64,000 bases of DNA from Candidatus Latescibacterota bacterium (GTDB lineage Bacteria; Latescibacterota; CBDEFO01), in the NCBI GenBank assembly GCA_965237525.1, contig CBDEFO010000008.1, forward strand, positions 992,001 through 1,056,000, written 5' to 3'. Under the pieces are notes generated by a model. It had not been told where the DNA came from and made no database searches. It saw only the letters and a program-made list of their open reading frames with translations. This document shows, piece after piece, positions 19,553 through 29,238 of the stretch; the stretch's first letter is position 1; each line of letters begins with the position of its first letter. The position numbers and the translations under genes are program-made.

Positions 19553-20965
19553 ATGACCGGAGGTCAATTGCTGCAGTTATTAGCTGCCCGTGTCGAGTCT
19601 GGTAATCCGCTGAGGGTGGGGCTGATTGGGGCGGGCAAATTCGGGACCATGTTCCTGAGCCAGGCTCGTCGAGTGCCGGGGCTGCACGTTTTGGGAATAG
19701 CCGATCTGTCACCTGAGCGCGCTTCAAAGGCGCTGCGATGCGCCGAGTGGCTGCCGGAGCAGTTTACGGCGACGAGCTTTGCGCAGGCCCTCAAAACCGG
19801 CTCCACCTATCTCACCGACAACGGCGAGTCACTTATCCAGGCCAATGGCTTGAAAGTTGTGGTTGAGGCAACAGGCGACCCCTCTGCCGGTATCCAGTAT
19901 GCGCTGAAGGCGTTTGAAAACGGTCGGTACGTGGTCATGGTCAACGTGGAAGCAGATGCGTTGGCCGGCCCCCTCCTGGCCGAACACGCTGCTGCGGCTG
20001 GTGTCGTCTATAGTCTGGCCTACGGTGACCAGCCTGCCTTGATCTGTGAACTGGTGGAGTGGGCCCGGACCAGTGGCTTTGAGGTCGTTTGCGCGGGCAA
20101 AGGGACCAAGTATCTGCCCATCTACCACACTTCTACACTCCATACAGTCTGGGAGCACTACGGTTTCTCGGAGGAGATGGTTGCGCAGGGCAATTTAAAT
20201 CCCCGGATGTTCAACTCCTTCCTCGATGGCACCAAGTCAGCCGTTGAAATGGCGGCGGTGGCCAACGCCACTAACTTACAGCCCCAGCCGGAGAGGCTGC
20301 GCTTTCCGCCCTGCGGGATCGATGATCTGCCGAACGTTTGCCTGCCTAAAAGCGACGGTGGACAGCTTGCTTACAAAGGCACGGTTGAGGTTATCTCCAG
20401 CCTCGAGCGCGATGGTCGGCCGGTAGACCGCGACCTGCGCTGTGGGGTCTACGTCACCTTTGAAGCGCCAAGTGACTACGTCAGGCACTGCTTTGCAGAG
20501 TATGGCCTCTTGACCGACTCCACCGGATGCTATGCGTCCATGTATCGGCCCTATCACCTGGTCGGCCTGGAACTGACTGTAAGTATTCTGAAGGCTGGCT
20601 TGCGGGGTGAGGCGACGGGTTCCCCCGTCGGATTCAGGGCTGATGTCATCGCAACGGCCAAGCGTGATCTAACGGCGGGCCAATTCTTAGACGGGGAAGG
20701 CGGGTATAGCGTCTATGGTTCGCTCATGCCCGCGGAGGATTCCCTAAAGGCGGGCAAGGCCGCTCTCTTAGTGGACAAGGTAACAAGCCACGAAGCGGAC
20801 CGTATGATCCCTATTGGCCTGGCACATAACGTGAGGCTCAAGAATAAGGTAGCAGCCGGTCAGTCTGTTCGTTGGTCTGACGTCGAGTATGATGAGACAA
20901 ACCCTGCGGCGCACTTCCGTCTAAAGATGGAGCAGCGCATGGCAAATTTTTCTTCCACCAGCTAG
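19553..20965 (+). CDS. Homoserine dehydrogenase-like NAD(P) oxidoreductase with C-terminal SAF domain
   Basis: GLIGAGKFG, VEATG, YGDQP, FLDGTKS, AKRDL..G..LDGEGGY. Confidence 0.88.
   Translation: MTGGQLLQLLAARVESGNPLRVGLIGAGKFGTMFLSQARRVPGLHVLGIADLSPERASKALRCAEWLPEQFTATSFAQALKTGSTYLTDNGESLIQANGLKVVVEATGDPSAGIQYALKAFENGRYVVMVNVEADALAGPLLAEHAAAAGVVYSLAYGDQPALICELVEWARTSGFEVVCAGKGTKYLPIYHTSTLHTVWEHYGFSEEMVAQGNLNPRMFNSFLDGTKSAVEMAAVANATNLQPQPERLRFPPCGIDDLPNVCLPKSDGGQLAYKGTVEVISSLERDGRPVDRDLRCGVYVTFEAPSDYVRHCFAEYGLLTDSTGCYASMYRPYHLVGLELTVSILKAGLRGEATGSPVGFRADVIATAKRDLTAGQFLDGEGGYSVYGSLMPAEDSLKAGKAALLVDKVTSHEADRMIPIGLAHNVRLKNKVAAGQSVRWSDVEYDETNPAAHFRLKMEQRMANFSSTS
20749..20798 (+). repeat. ~45-bp dispersed repeat inside CDS (encodes ...VTSHE)
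   Basis: GCCGCTCTCTTAGTGGACAAGGTAACAAGCCACGAA matches copies at 21254-21304 and 52535-52630. Confidence 0.7.
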
Positions 20966-21103
20966 ACAACACCTCTTTCTATTGGACAGTAGCCCCCAAT
21001 CGAATCTATTGGGGGTCGGCGGTAGAGAGGGCACCGACTCCCGTGTCGGTATGCTATCCACTATTTCGGATTTCCAAAATCATCTCCAGGTTTTTCCCGC
21101 TAC

Positions 21104-21922
21104 TTAGATTCCTTGTTGAACCAAAGAATTCATGAATTCCAAGCAAATTCTTGCGCTTTCAGATGACATCTCATCTCGATCAACATACCAATCTTCCCAT
21201 TTTCCCTTAATCAGACGGTCACTAATATGACCAAACCAAACGCTTTTAATACCACCCATTTCGTGGCTTGTTGCCTCCTCCCCAACAAAGCGGCTGTGCC
21301 GCCCACAGACACCAGATGCAGCATAGAATGGTGTTGTCTCCATATTTATGATTTGAGCGCCTTTTTCCCGCCAGGTTGAAATTAGGCTCTCAGTTTCTCT
21401 GTATAGTGCATCTACAGTTGCAGCAGTAACTTGTTGTATATCACATGATAAGCTCTTCCCTACATTAACAACTAACTCTATCAATTCCGGGTCGGCCGCA
21501 ATTTCCTTCGAATCTGGACAATATATTTGACTTGTTCCGTCAGTTGGTAATGCTAATTTAGCAACAACCTGTTGTCCCTTAGGCAATCTTGGGTCGATGG
21601 CGCCAGCAGCTCCATAGCCGATCAGATATTTTACATCCAGATACGCTAATTCTTCCACCAGAATTGCCGCCTGTGGACCTGCCCCAACTAAACCAGTAAG
21701 GATTCCAACACGTCTATCCCCCACAATTACTTCATATACTTGTGACTCCCCTAAACCCAAAAAGATACTGTAGCCCAGCGGTTGTGCGTTAAATTCTTGG
21801 ACAAGCGGTTGTGAATTTTTAGGGCCCTGAAAGCATAAAATTGCCGCAAACCACTGTGGCAAAGGGTTACTTCCAAGACGGTTTTTAATAAGTGCTTCTG
21901 GTGTGATGTAGCGCATTGTCAC
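21104..21922 (-). CDS. Nucleoside phosphorylase family protein (PNP/UDP)
   Basis: GAGPQAAILVEEL, GYGAAGAI, DGTS, TVDALYRE, INMET. Confidence 0.85.
   Translation of the reverse strand: MTMRYITPEALIKNRLGSNPLPQWFAAILCFQGPKNSQPLVQEFNAQPLGYSIFLGLGESQVYEVIVGDRRVGILTGLVGAGPQAAILVEELAYLDVKYLIGYGAAGAIDPRLPKGQQVVAKLALPTDGTSQIYCPDSKEIAADPELIELVVNVGKSLSCDIQQVTAATVDALYRETESLISTWREKGAQIINMETTPFYAASGVCGRHSRFVGEEATSHEMGGIKSVWFGHISDRLIKGKWEDWYVDRDEMSSESARICLEFMNSLVQQGI
21254..21304 (-). repeat. ~51-bp dispersed repeat inside CDS (encodes GRHSRFVGEEATSHEMG)
   Basis: TTCGTGGCTTGTTGCCTCCTCCCCAACAAAGCGGC nearly identical to intergenic copies at 52535-52630. Confidence 0.75.
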
Positions 21923-22251
21923 GGCTAAAACCCCTGACGCGATAAAGAATACTTTTTCTTGGCTTCCAGCTTCTCGTGTTTGTTAGACAGCAGGTGCGTG
22001 GATTCTTATAGATACTGTTCTAAGAAATCTCTGACACCATTTAGCATTGCTTCGACTAAATCTAATTCATACTCTGAAAAATTGCCGTGATCAGCACCAT
22101 TCCTGATGCCGTTCCGAACTTCTACCCTTTTCTGAGTAAGTCTATTGTAGACTTGAGCATCAGCAAGTTTATGGTTAAGAGAACTTATATCTTCTTTACT
22201 CTTGAGTTTAATACCGTTATTTTGTGCTATTTTTCTTAGTCCGTCTTCTAA

Positions 22252-22500
22252 CCCGATTAATTCACAAACTTGGTGGAGTCATTGCGAGGAGCAAAGCGGT
22301 CCCCGATTGAGTCTATCGGGGAAGCAATCCCAAGGTTTTATAGTGGTCTCCTATGAGATCCGGAGAGTATTACATCTATCACAGAATCGAGATTGCTTCG
22401 CCTTCGGCTCGCAATGACACCGAAGGTGGTTAAACGGCATAACTATAATATAGTACAATCCCTTAATTAATACACGGCCTTTTTTTGTGAATTAATCGGG
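22252..22500. mobile_element. 249-bp MITE with 17-bp terminal inverted repeats and CTAA target-site duplication
   Basis: CCCGATTAATTCACAAA (22252-22268) / TTTGTGAATTAATCGGG (22484-22500); CTAA at 22248-22251 and 22501-22504. Confidence 0.9.
22278..22418. repeat. GTCATTGCGAG...GAAGCAATC / GAGATTGCTTCG...CTCGCAATGAC REP-like element (related halves near 4374-4430, 49152-49200, 52514, 55300-55452)
   Basis: Inverted ends seen directly; ACAGAATCGAGATTGCTT is identical at 4366 and 22381. Confidence 0.75.
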
Positions 22501-22951
22501 CTAATACTGCACCGATCAATGAAGCCGCAGGATCCTTATAACCTTGTTCTACCAAGTGCTCAGCCATTTCCAAAAAGTCTGTAAAAATATCTGCCGCGAC
22601 AAGAGTTTCTAATTTCTTAAGATAGCCGCCTTCAATATCTTCTTTTGCCGCTTTCAAAACGCCTTGACCTTGAAGTGCCTCTGAATACATAGCGTGCGTA
22701 GAGTTCTTTTGGAATAGTTGAAAATGGGTACTATCATCTCCGGATACGAAATCCAAAAAGGATAAAGCTCCTGCTTTCCAATGATAGAAGAGATCATCAT
22801 CAATAAAAGTACCTATAATTCCTTCACCTAATTGGTGCCTCGTTGATAATATCTTTTCTCCCATCTCTATCAATTGGTTTAGCCTATCTTTTAATTTTTC
22901 ATAAAACATGCAGATCACCTCTTAGATAATAGGAGGGAAACCTCTGCAATC

Positions 22952-23593
22952 TCAAAAATCCTCCGTTAGTACATCAATATTCGCCTGGCGTATGTGACAG
23001 GTGTCATTGAGACTGCAAATCACATAACCGCCTTTAGTTCTCTCAAACTCATTCAAACAGCTATTGTCCTGGCGGATGAATGGGAATCGCTCAATGCCAA
23101 GACCCATTGCGCCAAGCACCAACAGCTTGTTTACGACACGGTGGGCAAAAAGAGCGACCGTCTGGTTCTGATGTCTCGATGCAAACTCCTCCATGGCTGA
23201 AAATGCCGTTTCGTATACTTCCTGGAGTGTATTTCCCCCGGGGACCCGCACTGATTCTGGATGGGATATCCACAGATTATGTTCCTTGAGCCATCGGCGG
23301 GCGACCTCGGATTCTTCGAGTCCTGTCCATTCACCGTAGTCAAAGTCGATCAAGCGTTCATCTATTACAGCGTCAATGCCTCGATTCTCAAGGACGATCT
23401 GAGCGGTTTTCTGTGCGCGTGACAGGGGACTGATGTAGGCCGCGTCGATTTGACGAGAACCGAGTGCCTTTGCCAGGAATTTCGCCTGTTTTTCTCCGTT
23501 TTCGTTCAAGGGAACATCATACGTACCGCGGAATATTTTCCCTCGATTCCAAGCGGTTTCTCCGTGCCGAATCAGAAGGATTGTAGCTGTCAC
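22952..23593 (-). CDS. Histidine phosphatase family protein (CobC/PspA-like)
   Basis: LIRHGETAWN, SPLSRAQKTA, DYGEWTG, FAH. Confidence 0.9.
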   Translation of the reverse strand: MTATILLIRHGETAWNRGKIFRGTYDVPLNENGEKQAKFLAKALGSRQIDAAYISPLSRAQKTAQIVLENRGIDAVIDERLIDFDYGEWTGLEESEVARRWLKEHNLWISHPESVRVPGGNTLQEVYETAFSAMEEFASRHQNQTVALFAHRVVNKLLVLGAMGLGIERFPFIRQDNSCLNEFERTKGGYVICSLNDTCHIRQANIDVLTEDF

Positions 23594-23675
23594 ATTTTCT
23601 CCCGAATTCTCATCTTATTACGGTTACTTCAATTCTAGCCAGCGCCACGAAACATATGACGCAGGCGGACGATTT

Positions 23676-24458
23676 TCACAAAGCGAATCTCTTCATCGGC
23701 TTATTCGGATCTACATCGTCATAGTAAAGGTCAAAACCTAATTCCTCAAAAATATCCTCAAATTGGGAAAATACGTTAGAAACCACTTCCTTTAAATGAG
23801 GTAAATTGTGACATTTCCCGTTGACCATGATCTCAATCAGTTCATCGAAGGTCTTCGCTTTAACTTTAAACTTTTTCGCTTGTGAAACGAATTGAGAAAA
23901 AGTTTTGTAAGGAGTTTGGTTTAAGAAGGATAATACCCTCAGCATGTGCAAAAACATGTCAAAAGTTAAAAGGGAAATACCTACTTTGTTTCTCTTTGTA
24001 ATTGCATTTAGGACTTTAGCCGTTGATTCTTGAACTTCATACCAACCTTGGGCGGCATGGTTTAAACATTTTTCCTTCAGGTTCTTAACTTTATATCTAT
24101 TCAAACTTTCAATGAATCTTTTATTGATTAACGGTAGTAAAGTATCGGAACCAGTGATATACCAATCTCCTGTTACCTCGCGGATTTGTTCTAAATATGT
24201 TTCTTTCGTTGTCCAGATAAGCTCAACCAATAGACCATCTCTAATTTTACCCATGCCGCCCATCTTTTTATTTTTCGGCATTTCCCGAACAAAGGCAATC
24301 AGCTCCAAGTCTGAATAATCGAAGTCCTCATTTCTGGCATAAGACGCCTGAGCAGCAAGAGCAAGTAAGTTTTTACCGAACTTCTTCTTAACCAAAAGGA
24401 TCATTTCTTTGATAACTTTTTCTCTGTCTTGGTGAGAATATTTTTTGAGACCTCTCAT
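23676..24458 (-). CDS. Kanamycin nucleotidyltransferase-like (ANT(4')-like) protein
   Basis: QASYARNEDFDYSDLE nucleotidyltransferase motif plus helical KNTase-type C-terminus; AT-rich. Confidence 0.72.
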   Translation of the reverse strand: MRGLKKYSHQDREKVIKEMILLVKKKFGKNLLALAAQASYARNEDFDYSDLELIAFVREMPKNKKMGGMGKIRDGLLVELIWTTKETYLEQIREVTGDWYITGSDTLLPLINKRFIESLNRYKVKNLKEKCLNHAAQGWYEVQESTAKVLNAITKRNKVGISLLTFDMFLHMLRVLSFLNQTPYKTFSQFVSQAKKFKVKAKTFDELIEIMVNGKCHNLPHLKEVVSNVFSQFEDIFEELGFDLYYDDVDPNKPMKRFAL

Positions 24459-24466
24459 AGATTTAA

Positions 24467-24552
24467 GCGGAATATTTTCTGTCGATTCCTTGCGATTTCT
24501 CCGTGCCGAATCAGAAGAATTACGGTATTCATATGTTCTCCCGAATTCTCAT
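24467..24552 (-). repeat. 86-bp diverged direct repeat of the phosphatase 5' end (other copy 23528-23613)
   Basis: Encodes MNTVILLIRHGEIARNRQKIFR versus MTATILLIRHGETAWNRGKIFR. Confidence 0.85.
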
Positions 24553-24620
24553 GTTAATCTAATAAGTTCATCTCAGTGAGCTGTGTCTGTCTCATACATA
24601 CATAAGGCTTAAAGATTCCT

Positions 24621-25697
24621 TCACCTAACTACATAGCGTCCCCCCATCTTGCTGGGCTGAATCAAGCCGTAGACCAGTATATTGACGTACAGTTCGTTTA
24701 TTATACAAGGTTTACCTGAGGTAAACGGCACTCCAGTTACTGCTATTAAACGTCCGTCAAACTCGAGACCGTACACCGGTTTCACTAGAGGGCATTTAGG
24801 AAACCCCTTAGGAGAGGTGTATTCAGTTATATCATAATAAGTGTGAAAGAGTGGATGTTCCAACCCTATCTTGATTGCTTGAAGTCGATCTCCGACCTTT
24901 CTTTGGATCTCTCTTCGTAGCACCTGAATCTGTCCACTGTTCACCACAGCAAACCCACCTTCCATCAGGTAACGAACCAGGCTCTCCGTTGATTCCACAT
25001 TGATGTACTCCAGAAGTAAGACCGAATACTCCTTCATCTCTGAATAGTGAAGTATATGTCTCTGGGGATAAGATTTGCAAACATCTACTTCATAAATTAG
25101 GGGCATTTTCCCAGACAAACTTTCGCCATATTTCAATGCCCTCAACAACTTTTCAAGTCTATTAGCTCCAGGGCCCCTATAGGCCGGAAGATGCAAATAG
25201 GCTTCTTTCAGTTTTCCTGTCTCCCGGTCGATCAAGATTACGTTATATCGGCGCCGCTCCGCACCCAACTGCACAGCATCCATCTCGGGCAGTTCCGCCT
25301 CATGCGTTGCAATATCCAGATCTATATCCACCGTATCCAGTTGGGTTTCCCACCTACCCTTCCCCTTTTCCCAACGCAATGGCAAGAATTCCTCTGCCAG
25401 AGGTTGTTCCGATACCGGAAGAGCTTCAAGCTTCATCTCCAAACTTTCTGCTTTTGGATAAAGAGGGACAACTTCTTCGCGCATGCGTTCCAATATCTGA
25501 CGGGGGATGGATATAGCCCGACGAGGTTCAAAGCGCTTGGGTTTCAGCTTGGGTCTTACAACTAACCGCGCACGGAAGAACTGCTGCTGGACCTCAGGGG
25601 GAATAAACAGGTCAATTAACCAGAACACGAGTATATGCAAGAGCGCTGCACAGACGAGGGATACTGCTACTCTTCGATGACTTGGACGTCTTCTCAT
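24621..25697 (-). CDS. Membrane-anchored protein with DUF4159-like C-terminal domain
   Basis: N-terminal TM helix; YLMEGGF, EHPLFHTYYDI, GLEFDGRLIAV, NILVYGL. Confidence 0.6.
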   Translation of the reverse strand: MRRRPSHRRVAVSLVCAALLHILVFWLIDLFIPPEVQQQFFRARLVVRPKLKPKRFEPRRAISIPRQILERMREEVVPLYPKAESLEMKLEALPVSEQPLAEEFLPLRWEKGKGRWETQLDTVDIDLDIATHEAELPEMDAVQLGAERRRYNVILIDRETGKLKEAYLHLPAYRGPGANRLEKLLRALKYGESLSGKMPLIYEVDVCKSYPQRHILHYSEMKEYSVLLLEYINVESTESLVRYLMEGGFAVVNSGQIQVLRREIQRKVGDRLQAIKIGLEHPLFHTYYDITEYTSPKGFPKCPLVKPVYGLEFDGRLIAVTGVPFTSGKPCIINELYVNILVYGLIQPSKMGGRYVVR

Positions 25698-26208
25698 GCT
25701 ACTCGCGTCCTTATTAGCTGATACAGGAACTTAATGCCGACTGCAATAATCAAATCGCTGCAAGGGCTTGTATAAGCTTGTCGAGACAGTTCGGAGAATT
25801 GTCGAATAACCTTGGATGTACACATAATGATCTATAGAACAGCAAGACAGCATATCCACACTGTTGCAGATATGCATCACTCGACTTCAGCCCAGATTCT
25901 TCTGAGATAATCTACATCTTTCACCGCCCAATGCTCCAAGTTGGGAGGAAGCTCATCCGCTGTTTTATGTCGGGACTCCAAGAGTAGTAAAAAAGATAGC
26001 CGAATCTGCATCAAAGTGCAAGTATTTTCACCTGTGTGTCAGAGTCATTTCAGTTCTCAGTGGTCTTCTGATGCTTCCCCAGAAAACCTAATAGCGATTT
26101 CTCCATATCAAGGGATTTTACTTGACAATGGATAATTCTTGAGTATCATATTCCCAGATAGCCCGACAGGAGCAAGATCACACTATTTCAAAGTTATGGG
26201 ATGGAAGA

Positions 26209-27231
26209 ATGGTTAATATAGGAATCATCGGCATAGGATTTATGGGGGTTACGCACTACAAGGCGATACAGGAGATCCAGAATGCCCAGGTGTCGGCGAT
26301 CTGTACTCGTAATCCTAAGAAGCTTTCAGGCGATTGGAGGGACGTCAAGGGAAATTTTGGAGATAGCGGCGGCGTACAGGATCTGTCCGGGATAAATAAA
26401 TACTCGAAAGTGGACGACATTATCAACGATTCTGACGTGGACCTGATAGACATCTGTCTGCCGACCGACCTGCACTGTGACGCAACGATCGGCGCTCTGG
26501 AAGGTGGAAAGCACGTGCTTCTGGAGAAGCCGATCACCATCAATCTGAACGACGCCGATAGTATGGTGGAGGCGGCTCAAAAGTCGGGGAAAAAGTTCAT
26601 AGTGGCGCAGGTGTTGAGATTCTTTCCTGAGTTTGCGCTTGCAAAGAAGATTGTAGATAGCAAAGGGTACGGAAAGCTCCTGGGGGCGCACTTCAAGAGG
26701 ATTATATCCAGGCCCGATTGGATCCAAGATGTCGAATCCCCGATTGGATCGGGGAGGGCAGGCGGCGCAGGGATCGATCTCCACATACACGATTCGGACT
26801 TTGTGCGGTACCTCTTGGGAATGCCCAACTCGGTATCGTCTGCGGGCCTGATGACGAACGAAGATAGCGTAGACTATCTCGTTACGAATTACATCTATAA
26901 GGATCAGGACGTTACGATTACGTCTCAGTGCGGATGGATAGCCATGCCGGGCGTCCTGTTCGAGCACGGTTACGATGTCTATTTGGAAGACGCTACGTTG
27001 AGGTTCAATTCCTCCGGTCAGCCCCTGACTCTCTTCACAGCTGACGGGAAGGAGTGCACACCTGAAACCCCCACCGACGACGGCTTTATCGCGGAGATAC
27101 GATACGCTGTGGATTGTGTCCTGAACAATAAAGATCCGGAGATTCTATCTGGAAAGTCGGCGAGGGATTCTCTCTACCTGTGCCTGAAGGAGATGGAATC
27201 TGTCGCATCTGGGGTAGAGGTTCGTATATAA
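26209..27231 (+). CDS. Gfo/Idh/MocA oxidoreductase
   Basis: IGIIGIGFMG, ICLPT..H, GKHVLLEKP, GGAGIDLHIHD. Confidence 0.93.
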   Translation: MVNIGIIGIGFMGVTHYKAIQEIQNAQVSAICTRNPKKLSGDWRDVKGNFGDSGGVQDLSGINKYSKVDDIINDSDVDLIDICLPTDLHCDATIGALEGGKHVLLEKPITINLNDADSMVEAAQKSGKKFIVAQVLRFFPEFALAKKIVDSKGYGKLLGAHFKRIISRPDWIQDVESPIGSGRAGGAGIDLHIHDSDFVRYLLGMPNSVSSAGLMTNEDSVDYLVTNYIYKDQDVTITSQCGWIAMPGVLFEHGYDVYLEDATLRFNSSGQPLTLFTADGKECTPETPTDDGFIAEIRYAVDCVLNNKDPEILSGKSARDSLYLCLKEMESVASGVEVRI

Positions 27232-27400
27232 TCCTACTCTACGAGTTCAACGTCTTCATCGGTTGCGGGAACTATCTCCTCTGTGGGTCTTTCCTTCTCC
27301 GTTCGCCAGATGAGTCGAACCACCCAGATTGCTAAAAGAACCTCAAGGGCTATCACGACCCAGCCTAAGAGGGTCACCTTTACCTCCTTTTCATCCCCGA

Positions 27401-28756
27401 TTAAATCGGGGGTCGGGGATTGGTTCTGAACACCTGTACCTCAGGCGTGGTGCCTTTGGCAAGGGCGTAGCGCATCCAGACGTAGTACACAAGTCCCGCT
27501 GCGAGCATAGAACTCAAAAGACCACTGAATATCTCGTTTGCGCCTATGTAGAATCCCACAAGAAAGCCGACTATCCACGCAAGGAACGCAGCGGGGTTCA
27601 CGTTCATATCCGCCCCATCTGCTCGTTCGTACCTCTCTCTGTTTTGTGGGAACGCCCAGTAGTCAAGGATGACAGTTATAGCTATCGGACCGACCACCCA
27701 GGCGAGGAACTGAACCCACCACATGAAGTATTTGTCCAGGCCTACAAAGCTGCCGATGAAGCCGACCGCGCCCACTCCGATGGTGGCGATCCTCCTTGTA
27801 AACTCCTGCCCTTTGATCATAGGTATCGGCGGTGCGGAGAAGGCCAGACCTGCTGCGTATGTACCGCCCTGCATAGTGGATTGCGCCCCCAACCACAGTG
27901 CCAGCCATGCCAAGAATCCCAGCCCCAGTGAACTCGCTATGAGGAATATGTTATATTCCCCCGTGTGCGCAGCACCGATGGCTCCACCCCAGTACTGCAC
28001 GGTCACGAGTCCCACGTAAGCGGTCATTATGCCCACAACGGCCTGTTTGGCGTTCTTCCAGAACCTGGCGAGATCTGCTATGATCGTAGCGCCTACGATC
28101 CAGCCCCCTGCGGCCATGTCAAAACCTATAAAGACGGGCTTGGCCGGATCGTACCATTTGTCCCACAGCGAGGGGAAGCCCCCCGCGGTTTTGATCGTGA
28201 TTGCGAGCACCACTACAAATATAACCAGAAAGCCGGGGGCTGCAAACCAGTTAATGTACGCTATCCAGCGGATGCGCATAGCAGCAGGGAGGATGAAAAG
28301 AGTTCCGATTACGATCGTGCAGATGAGCCACAGGGCCGAGCCGACCTCTGCTCCGGCCTCTTTCACAAAGCCGTCCCTCGTGATGTTGAGGATGACGGCA
28401 AACCAGCCCATGTTGGTCAGCCCCATAAGGACATTGGGGAGTATGACCCCTTTTCTGCCGTAGGTGTATCGGAATAAAAGAGCGCTGGAATATCCGGTCC
28501 TGGATGCTGCAGCCCCTACGAGGATGCCCACGATGGCGTTGCTGAGTGTGCCGAAGAATATTATCGGCATGGACATCTTCAGGGGAAAGACCTTTCCCAC
28601 CATCCCTCCCACAAGGAAGCTGGATAGGACCAGAACAAATCCCCACAGGACAAAGCAATTGTTCCAGAAACCGAGCCTCCGGGAAAGGGGAACTTTAGAT
28701 CTGGCGGCGTCACCTACTACAGCGCTTTCATTTACCTTTGCCTCTGAATCATCCAG
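27401..28756 (-). CDS. Cytosine/purine permease (NCS1, CodB-like); probable CTG start at 28756
   Basis: Many TM segments, GWFAV, ADLARF; open frame extends 48 codons upstream of the track start to a CTG after AAGGAG. Confidence 0.8.
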   Translation of the reverse strand: MDDSEAKVNESAVVGDAARSKVPLSRRLGFWNNCFVLWGFVLVLSSFLVGGMVGKVFPLKMSMPIIFFGTLSNAIVGILVGAAASRTGYSSALLFRYTYGRKGVILPNVLMGLTNMGWFAVILNITRDGFVKEAGAEVGSALWLICTIVIGTLFILPAAMRIRWIAYINWFAAPGFLVIFVVVLAITIKTAGGFPSLWDKWYDPAKPVFIGFDMAAGGWIVGATIIADLARFWKNAKQAVVGIMTAYVGLVTVQYWGGAIGAAHTGEYNIFLIASSLGLGFLAWLALWLGAQSTMQGGTYAAGLAFSAPPIPMIKGQEFTRRIATIGVGAVGFIGSFVGLDKYFMWWVQFLAWVVGPIAITVILDYWAFPQNRERYERADGADMNVNPAAFLAWIVGFLVGFYIGANEIFSGLLSSMLAAGLVYYVWMRYALAKGTTPEVQVFRTNPRPPI

Positions 28757-28903
28757 GATGCAGTCTCCTTTATCTTATATATCGCCTGCTATTTACCGCT
28801 ATGTTCAAGAAACTTTACAGCCTTCATGTTTTAAAAGATTCCTCAAAATACGAAAAAGTCCTTGAATATGCAACAAGATTTTTGTATCTTAATTAACTAA
28901 AGT

Positions 28904-28981
28904 CGGGGTGTAGCGCAGTCCGGTTAGCGTGCCTGCTTCGGGAGCAGGAGGTCGGCGGTTCAAATCCGCCCACCCCGACCA
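28904..28981 (+). tRNA. tRNA-Pro (anticodon CGG)
   Basis: CGGGGTG acceptor stem, CCTGC-TTCGGGA-GCAGG anticodon arm, GGTTCAAATCC T-arm, encoded CCA. Confidence 0.96.
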
Positions 28982-28986
28982 TTCTT

Positions 28987-29018
28987 AAACCCCACGAGTT
29001 CAATATCTCATGGGGTTT
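28987..29018 (+). terminator. Hairpin directly after tRNA
   Basis: AAACCCCACGAG...CTCATGGGGTTT stem. Confidence 0.5.
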
Positions 29019-29238
29019 CTATTTGAAGCAAGCGTTTTATATTCTGCTGACAATCTGGCGGCACAAATCAGTAAATCCAAATGGAACCGCAGCCACTATC
29101 AGTCCAAGGATCTTGACGTAACCCCAGGAACCGGACAGAAAACGTAGCTAATTCTATAATCATGCAAGATAAACATGTAAGAGTTCAAAAAAGAGCACAA
29201 AAGGGATGATCAGATAAGCTGTGCACGGCTTCCACCAT

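Larger units (their letters stand above)
22006..22918 (-). pseudogene. HEPN/DUF4145-like protein interrupted by a MITE
   Basis: Removing 22252-22500 plus one CTAA restores a 220-codon ORF: ...PAASLIGAVLEDGLRK...IRNGADHG...FLEQYL*; RxxxxH motif. Confidence 0.82.

Noticed and set aside
28960..28981. attL/attR duplication of the tRNA-Pro 3' end
   Set aside because: No second copy or integrase seen by eye in this window
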